A DNA stretch of 53,008 nucleotides from a virus (lineage: Duplodnaviria; Caudoviricetes): IMG/VR virus record IMGVR_UViG_3300025120_013163, positions 1 to 53,008 of that record; one strand, given 5' to 3'. Below the pieces are notes generated by a model. The model was not told the origin of the DNA. It searched no databases and saw only the letters and a program-made list of their open reading frames with translations. Shown here piece by piece: positions 47,629 through 53,008 of the stretch. How positions within the stretch are numbered: the stretch's first letter is position 1; each line of letters opens with the position of its first letter. The position numbers were made by a program, and so were the translations under genes.

Positions 47629-47645
47629 AATAAATTTCGTATATT
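47616..47645 (+). promoter_or_regulatory. repeated promoter TGG-N15-TTCGTATATT
   Basis: tttgg-ataagtaaaataaat-ttcgtatatt. Confidence 0.8.
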
Positions 47646-47657
47646 AAAGTAAAAAAC

Positions 47658-47891
47658 ATGGGTTATAGACTAACAGTACATATTGATAAAGCTCCAATTA
47701 TCAAAAATAAAGATACAGAAGCAAAAATGGGGATTAAAAATACTATTTCAGTAAGAAATATTCCTTCACGTGATCAAGTAGAAGTAGAATTATTACATTT
47801 AAGAGATAAATATAAAATTTCTAAAGGTAAAAATAATAAGAAAATGCATAAATATGATAAAGAATTAATATATGTAAGTCATGAAAAATAA
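47658..47891 (+). CDS. hypothetical protein
   Basis: 77 aa ORF after promoter. Confidence 0.65.
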   Translation: MGYRLTVHIDKAPIIKNKDTEAKMGIKNTISVRNIPSRDQVEVELLHLRDKYKISKGKNNKKMHKYDKELIYVSHEK

Positions 47892-48099
47892 AAAAGAATA
47901 TAAAGGGGAGTACCTATCATTATATGATTATTTAGGCCAATCTGCTGGGGGTGAATTAGGTAGAAAAGTAGCATATGAAGCAGCTAAATGTGGTGTTATA
48001 ATTCACTCTAAACATATTTCAAATAAAGCATATACGGGTAAAATACAAATGTATCCAAATGATTTTTTAAATGAATGTAAAGATAAAGGATTACTATAA
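47881..48099 (+). CDS. hypothetical protein
   Basis: 72 aa, LSLYDYLG..AGGELG. Confidence 0.65.
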   Translation: MKNKKEYKGEYLSLYDYLGQSAGGELGRKVAYEAAKCGVIIHSKHISNKAYTGKIQMYPNDFLNECKDKGLL

Positions 48100-49022
48100 T
48101 GAAAAAATACTTTATTAGTTTTGGTAATGGAAAATTTAAAAATCAACTAAATAGAGTTTGTAATGAAGCCAAAGAAACAGGATGGTTTGATGGTGTAATA
48201 GCATCCACACCTTCTTCAATTGAAGGTTTTATAGATAAACACAAAGATTTTTTTGATAATAATCCAAGAGGGTTTGGTTATTGGATATGGAAACCATTTA
48301 TTTTATTAAACCAACTAATGTATATGGATAATGGGGATTATTTATTTTACACAGATGCAGGATCCAGAATATTACCTCATAGAAAAGATAAGTTAAGTGA
48401 GTATTTACATAAATTAAATGAACAACCTATCTTAATAAATGGAGAAGGTAATGCAGAAGGAGGTGGTGGTGGAGGTTATACACAACAAAAATTTGTAAAA
48501 TTATCACTACTTAAAGAATTTAATTTAGAAAATGATAAAGAATTTTTAAATTCATCACATAGTGAAAGTGGAATGATAGCTATTCGTAAATGTAAAGAAA
48601 GTATAGATATTATTAAATTGTGGTTAGAACTAATAACTAAAAATAATTATTTATTTACCAATGATGATTTAGGTAATGATAAACAATTAGATGGTTTTAT
48701 AGAACATCGCCATGATCAATCAATACTTAATGTGTTGTTTTATTTAAATAATTATAAAGCTTTATGGTTTGAAGAATGTTACGGTATAGGACCATTTTTT
48801 AGTAGTAGACAAACAGATGAGGGTTATAGAGAATTCTGTGCAGATTGGTTTAGAGCAGAAACTGATTATATTGATAATAAAATTCATGGACAATTAGAGG
48901 ATTATTTAAGAACTAAACCAAGTAAAGAATGGTATAAAGGACAAAAAGATTATAATCCTAATACAATGTTTAGTGAGTGGGATTATTTAGAATATAGAAA
49001 AAAAATACAATTAAATTTATAA
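48099..49022 (+). CDS. putative GT-A glycosyltransferase
   Basis: GYWIWKP, YTDAG and EHRHDQSIL motifs. Confidence 0.65.
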   Translation: MKKYFISFGNGKFKNQLNRVCNEAKETGWFDGVIASTPSSIEGFIDKHKDFFDNNPRGFGYWIWKPFILLNQLMYMDNGDYLFYTDAGSRILPHRKDKLSEYLHKLNEQPILINGEGNAEGGGGGGYTQQKFVKLSLLKEFNLENDKEFLNSSHSESGMIAIRKCKESIDIIKLWLELITKNNYLFTNDDLGNDKQLDGFIEHRHDQSILNVLFYLNNYKALWFEECYGIGPFFSSRQTDEGYREFCADWFRAETDYIDNKIHGQLEDYLRTKPSKEWYKGQKDYNPNTMFSEWDYLEYRKKIQLNL

Positions 49023-49025
49023 TAA

Positions 49026-49202
49026 ATGAGTGATAAAGTTGAAGATACATTATATGAAGCCCATAACTTAGGAATATATAATAAGGTTATGAGGAAATCT
49101 AAAAAATTAGCTAAAATTCATCCTCATATGGAAATAGGAGATAGAATGGAAATGGCATTAAATGAAGTAATAAAAAAACAAAATAATGGAAAAAAGAAGT
49201 GA
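49026..49202 (+). CDS. small hypothetical protein (58 aa)
   Basis: ATG49026-TGA49202. Confidence 0.5.
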   Translation: MSDKVEDTLYEAHNLGIYNKVMRKSKKLAKIHPHMEIGDRMEMALNEVIKKQNNGKKK

Positions 49203-49313
49203 GCAAATATGGAAGACGTATTTAACAATTAGAGGTGGTGATTTTAGTAATTGGTATGAGAGTTTAAGTCCTATTGAGTGTCATTTATTTAATAAAAAAT
49301 TAAGATTAAAGTA

Positions 49314-50090
49314 GTGGGAGAAAATAATACATTTATAGTAGATGAAACAGTTTATGATGTAATAAATTATTTTAAAGAACACACTATTAAATTTCAACTT
49401 TATAAAAATTGTATAATATCAGATTATATAAGAAAGGGATATAAATGGGAGGAGCATCAACACAATTTAGCATTTGAATACATTAATTCTGATTCTATAG
49501 TAGTAGAGATAGGAGCTCATATTGGTACACTTACTATGATATTTAGTAAATTAGCTAAAACTGTTTATGCTTTTGAACCTACAAAAGAATCTTTTGATGT
49601 ATTAAATAACAATATATCATTAAATGAATGTAAAAATGTTATATCAAAACAAGTAGGTATAGGCGATAAAATTGAGTCAACAAAAATAGGTTGGATTGGG
49701 GATAATAATTCTGGAGCAACTATATTAAAAGGAGGTATGGTTACTAATGAAGTTTTAAGTTCTGCTGAAGGTGGATCAACTAATAGTATTGAAACTAAAA
49801 TAGATTTAATTAATCTTGATGTTTTAACTTTAGATAGACTAGATTATTTAAAAATAGATGTAGAAGGATATGAAGAAAAAGTAATAAAAGGAGGATTAAA
49901 CACAATAAAAAAATTCAAACCTATAATTGTTATGGAATGTATGGATGATTATAGTAAACAGGAGCCAATATCAAAATTAAATTTAGAAAATAAATATAAA
50001 TCATTGTTAGATTTAGGTTATACTTACAAAATATTAGGTAAAGGAAATATAGATAAAAATTGGGATGTATTATTTAAACCAAAAAAATAA
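49314..50090 (+). CDS. FkbM family methyltransferase
   Basis: VEIGAHIG, YAFEP and LKIDVEGYE motifs. Confidence 0.92.
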   Translation: MGENNTFIVDETVYDVINYFKEHTIKFQLYKNCIISDYIRKGYKWEEHQHNLAFEYINSDSIVVEIGAHIGTLTMIFSKLAKTVYAFEPTKESFDVLNNNISLNECKNVISKQVGIGDKIESTKIGWIGDNNSGATILKGGMVTNEVLSSAEGGSTNSIETKIDLINLDVLTLDRLDYLKIDVEGYEEKVIKGGLNTIKKFKPIIVMECMDDYSKQEPISKLNLENKYKSLLDLGYTYKILGKGNIDKNWDVLFKPKK

Positions 50091-50271
50091 TGGATAGAAA
50101 ATTTATAGCACAAATGAGGCTAAAAGCAGTAAAAAAAGAGCAAGTAAGATTGAAAGCAGAGGAAAGAAAATTAATAGCAATAATAAGAGAAAAATAAAGC
50201 TTCAAACTCTTCTCTACATATTGCATTGATTTAATACGTATATACAGTTATTAATTAAAAACAAATAGGTT

Positions 50272-50427
50272 ATGGTAGATGTTTTAGCAGGTATTGGTGT
50301 AATTGCGCTAGTTATTGGTGCAGGAATTTTCGTTAATTATATGGAGAATGTAGATGATAAACGTAAGCAAGATAGAAATGATGATTATGTTGAAGATGAT
50401 GATTGGTGGAATGATCAAGAAGCATGA
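50272..50427 (+). CDS. small membrane protein with acidic tail (51 aa)
   Basis: ataggttATG50272; MVDVLAGIGVIALVIGAGIFV...DDYVEDDDWW. Confidence 0.6.
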   Translation: MVDVLAGIGVIALVIGAGIFVNYMENVDDKRKQDRNDDYVEDDDWWNDQEA

Positions 50428-50654
50428 GACGAATCAAGGAGGTAAAGTGGAAGCGTAAGTGTGTTATGTGTGAGGAAGTAAATTCAGCGTGGATTGAGAT
50501 TACGGTGAAGACGGAAGGTAAAGACAAACACATTATATGTGAGCCGTGTTTAACTAAAATACTTTCATTAGATCATTGGGGAATAAAGGTACATCGCATA
50601 GCTAAAAAGTGGGCATTTCCTGAGTGGATGCTTGATAGAATTAAGAGTAAATAA
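50424..50654 (+). CDS. small zinc-binding protein
   Basis: CVMC...CEPC; ATGA overlap with the upstream ORF. Confidence 0.6.
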   Translation: MRRIKEVKWKRKCVMCEEVNSAWIEITVKTEGKDKHIICEPCLTKILSLDHWGIKVHRIAKKWAFPEWMLDRIKSK

Positions 50655-51906
50655 GCGTATTAAATTAAGTGACTTTGGTAGCGATTAATGCAATGGCTGG
50701 CTAAAGTGAATAATAATTGGACAATAAAAAACGCTGGATAACGTAAAGCGTTGTGTGGGCTCCATTTCCAACCCGTTAAGTAGGACAAACTATAATCAAT
50801 TATGACAAGTAAATGGCAAGCAGCAATTGCATGTGACAATAGATGATGGGGTTATATGACACAAATTATGAGTGGTGCTAGCCCCCATTTGATGCGCATC
50901 CAAACTCTACTATAGTTACCAAATATATACTTGTACAGCACATATGTTCATAAATTTTCATAACAATTCACAAAGAAATGTGTGGAATGGCGTGGATATG
51001 TGGGGGAGATTGCGTATATTGGGGTAAATAATGGCATTACAGCCGTTGGGAAGCATACTACGGTGACGATGCTAGCGGTGAGCAGTACCTTAATACATAA
51101 TAAACCGTACCCTATTATTAATTATTAGTTAATTACGTCGCACCTAGTGGTACCTGGGTTAGTACCTTATACTATACTATCTTCACCGTATGCGTTACTG
51201 GATTCGATACAACTATTACTATTATATCTACTACATACCTACGCTTAGCGGGCGTACCGCCGCCGTACTACATAATAATACCCACCGTGCGCAGATATCC
51301 ATATGGCGTGGATACGCGATAGAAAGGATGTGGACCACTTTAAAGATCGTAAACGACCTTAACCCATCGATTGTATATACTTATATCATTGATCGCCTCC
51401 CACATTAATTTATTGATGATTTTATAAAGTTACCACCGGATGAGTATATATTGATATAGGGTACCGGTGGTTGAATGTAATCTTCACCGTTACATTCTTC
51501 ACCGTCGCTGGAATAATAATTATCATATCACCTCCTTGGAAAACTTTTGTAAACCAATTTCGTCATCATTAAGTCATACATGCGTACCACCCTAGTACAA
51601 TTTATTTACCATTTAATATTCCAGCTCAAACTATATATAACCATGAATATAGAAAAAAATAGAGTAGACGTATCATCAGCCCTATATGTAATTATTATGG
51701 TGGTGGTTTTTACACTAGCGTTAAATTATTAAACCCCATTTCCCATATGGGTAAGGGTTTGGGGAATTTAACATCCTCAAATCACTTTTTTTATAAAATT
51801 TTTAACATGGCATGAATATATACGTATCTAGGTATGCGGGTATGCTAAGAGGAAGAGTTCTTAGACGACTTTATGAATTTAGTAATATTTATAATAAAAT
51901 TATATT
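50655..51906. other. long structured noncoding region (candidate origin, packaging/terminal region or ncRNA)
   Basis: only large gene-free stretch; GC-richer; many hairpins; oriented TCTTCACCGT and GTACC repeats. Confidence 0.6.
50992..51030 (+). promoter_or_regulatory. variant of the repeated promoter with no downstream ORF
   Basis: gtgg-atatgtgggggagat-tgcgtatatt...gtaaata with 15-nt spacer. Confidence 0.6.
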
Positions 51907-52335
51907 ATGCCACTTACTCTTAACTTTTCTTCTGCACAACTAAATGGAGCAGGGAGTTTAATAGGTTCACAATTACAAAATAATCAACCTCAAACCCCTT
52001 ATTTGTTTACTATATATTATCCTAATGCGGGAAGTGGTACTGCATATTTTAATATAGGAGTTGCCCCAAATAATAATGGAAATTTTAGTGGAAGCTTTAG
52101 TGGAAGTTTTTCTACTGGAAGTTTTGGATTTACTGGATCTTTATCTGGTTCATTTATAACTAGTTCTGGAATTAATTTAAATGGATATATCTCTTCAAAT
52201 TATATAAATAGTGTAGTTATTTCATTACCAACTCAATCCTTTCAATTAGCTCCTCTAAATGTTATTCAACCCAATACTTTAAATGTTAGTGGAACTGGTG
52301 GTATTTATTTGGTTATTGAGTCAAATGATGCATAA
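51907..52335 (+). CDS. Gly/Ser-rich beta-type protein, possibly structural
   Basis: GNFSGSFSGSFSTGSFGFTGSLSGSF repeats; almost no charged residues. Confidence 0.6.
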   Translation: MPLTLNFSSAQLNGAGSLIGSQLQNNQPQTPYLFTIYYPNAGSGTAYFNIGVAPNNNGNFSGSFSGSFSTGSFGFTGSLSGSFITSSGINLNGYISSNYINSVVISLPTQSFQLAPLNVIQPNTLNVSGTGGIYLVIESNDA

Positions 52336-52341
52336 GTTTTA

Positions 52342-52391
52342 AAAGTAATGCGCAGGAGGCTTGGATACCCGAGAGAGCTTTCGTATATTTA
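52342..52391 (+). promoter_or_regulatory. repeated promoter, 50-nt copy A
   Basis: 48/50 identical to 52686-52735. Confidence 0.88.
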
Positions 52392-52440
52392 TGTCATAAA
52401 TGAGTGCAAAACGCACACATACTAATAAAAAATAAAGGTT

Positions 52441-52692
52441 ATGAATTTTACAAAAACAACAGAAGGTTTACATAAATTATCATTACAAGAATTAAATGAA
52501 TTTAAAGGTTTAGTTGAACAAATGATTCAATTAAAACAACCAGGCTTTAGAGTAGGAATGAAAGTTGGGGTTGATCATAAAAAAGTTATGGGAATGATTG
52601 GAGAAATTATTAAAGTTAATAATAAAAAATGTAAAGTTAATTTTGATGGTCAAACATTTGTAGTTCCTAAATCAATGATAATAATAAAGTAA
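52441..52692 (+). CDS. small SH3/KOW-like protein
   Basis: FRVGMKV...GEIIKVNNKKCKV...VPKSMI. Confidence 0.65.
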   Translation: MNFTKTTEGLHKLSLQELNEFKGLVEQMIQLKQPGFRVGMKVGVDHKKVMGMIGEIIKVNNKKCKVNFDGQTFVVPKSMIIIK

Positions 52693-52735
52693 TGCGCAGG
52701 AAGCTTGGATACCTGAGAGAGCTTTCGTATATTTA
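52686..52735 (+). promoter_or_regulatory. repeated promoter, 50-nt copy B
   Basis: aaagtaatgcgcaggaagcttgg-N15-ttcgtatattta. Confidence 0.88.
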
Positions 52736-52787
52736 CGGTATAAATAAGTACAAAACACACAAAAACTAATTAAAAAAAATAAAAGTT

Positions 52788-53008
52788 ATGATCAATATAG
52801 AAGATTTACAATCAGCAAAATTTATGAGTAAGGAGGAAATTAGTAAAGTAGCTCCTTCAGTATTTACAATGAATCCTTCAGATGAGGTATCAGATAAATA
52901 TACTCATATTCCAACAGAAGAAGTTATTAATGATATGGAAGAATTAGGTTGGGGAGTTGTTGATGCAAAAGAAGTTAAAGCTAGAACTAAATCAACAAAA
53001 GGATTCCA
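52788..53008 (+). CDS. DUF932/DUF945-like protein (3' truncated)
   Basis: APSVFT....VSDKYTHIPTEEVI..M...GW; aaaagttATG leader. Confidence 0.75.
   Translation, partial: MINIEDLQSAKFMSKEEISKVAPSVFTMNPSDEVSDKYTHIPTEEVINDMEELGWGVVDAKEVKARTKSTKGF

Noticed and set aside
935-50533. Minus-strand ORFs in the track (935, 2094, 8132, 8955, 9236, 12622, 19058, 20938, 27600, 28024, 41332, 47225, 50333)
   Set aside because: All are antisense shadows of well-supported + strand genes and have no recognisable motifs
51190-51408. 72-aa Tyr-rich ORF in the noncoding island
   Set aside because: Atypical composition and codon usage, no A-rich leader, and it overlaps hairpins and repeats; probably spurious
50655-51906. 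tRNA, tmRNA or group I/II intron in the structured region
   Set aside because: No T-loop GTTCRA cloverleaf, tag reading frame or intron core motifs could be identified by eye; an Rfam/tRNAscan run is needed to exclude them fully
39008-52735. Repeats as a CRISPR array or integron attC sites
   Set aside because: Copies are hundreds to thousands of bases apart with whole genes between them, match promoter boxes, lack GTTRRRY ends, and no cas operon or integrase is present
1-53008. Stop-codon reassignment
   Set aside because: Genes tile the strand at full length in the standard code; TGA is used as a stop in ATGA overlaps, and no conserved gene is broken by an in-frame TAG
1-53008. Bacterial chromosome (O-antigen locus plus groESL and rpsU)
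   Set aside because: T4-like PolB, clamp and clamp loaders, single-strand dense packing, many tiny orphans and no wzx/wzy or other ribosomal genes point to a phage

Overview
AT-rich, densely packed window with essentially all real genes on the + strand. It reads as part of a large lytic dsDNA (T4-like/jumbo-type) phage genome, probably infecting Bacteroidota/Flavobacteriia. Host evidence: Bacteroidota-type -33/-7 promoters, a Bacteroidota-type bS21, a DUF2452-like gene and an Omp28/T9SS-type secreted protein. Layout: (1) 7-deazaguanine genes (queC, queD, queE, folE) mixed with a thermonuclease, a phosphoribosyltransferase and a MazG-like pyrophosphatase; (2) a T4-like replisome (split family-B polymerase, sliding clamp, clamp loaders) with Hsp20/GroES/GroEL; (3) a DUF1599-like gene, a Cas4-like nuclease and two GT4 enzymes; (4) a ~14 kb nucleotide-sugar/glycosyltransferase locus plus further scattered glycan genes; (5) small genes driven by a repeated TGG-N15-TTCGTATATT promoter (12 copies, some inside hairpins); (6) a ~1.25 kb GC-richer, hairpin-rich noncoding region (50655-51906) with oriented TCTTCACCGT repeats and an orphan promoter, a candidate origin/packaging site or ncRNA. 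Protein calls come from motif recognition by eye; no searches were run. No tRNA, rRNA or CRISPR array was seen.
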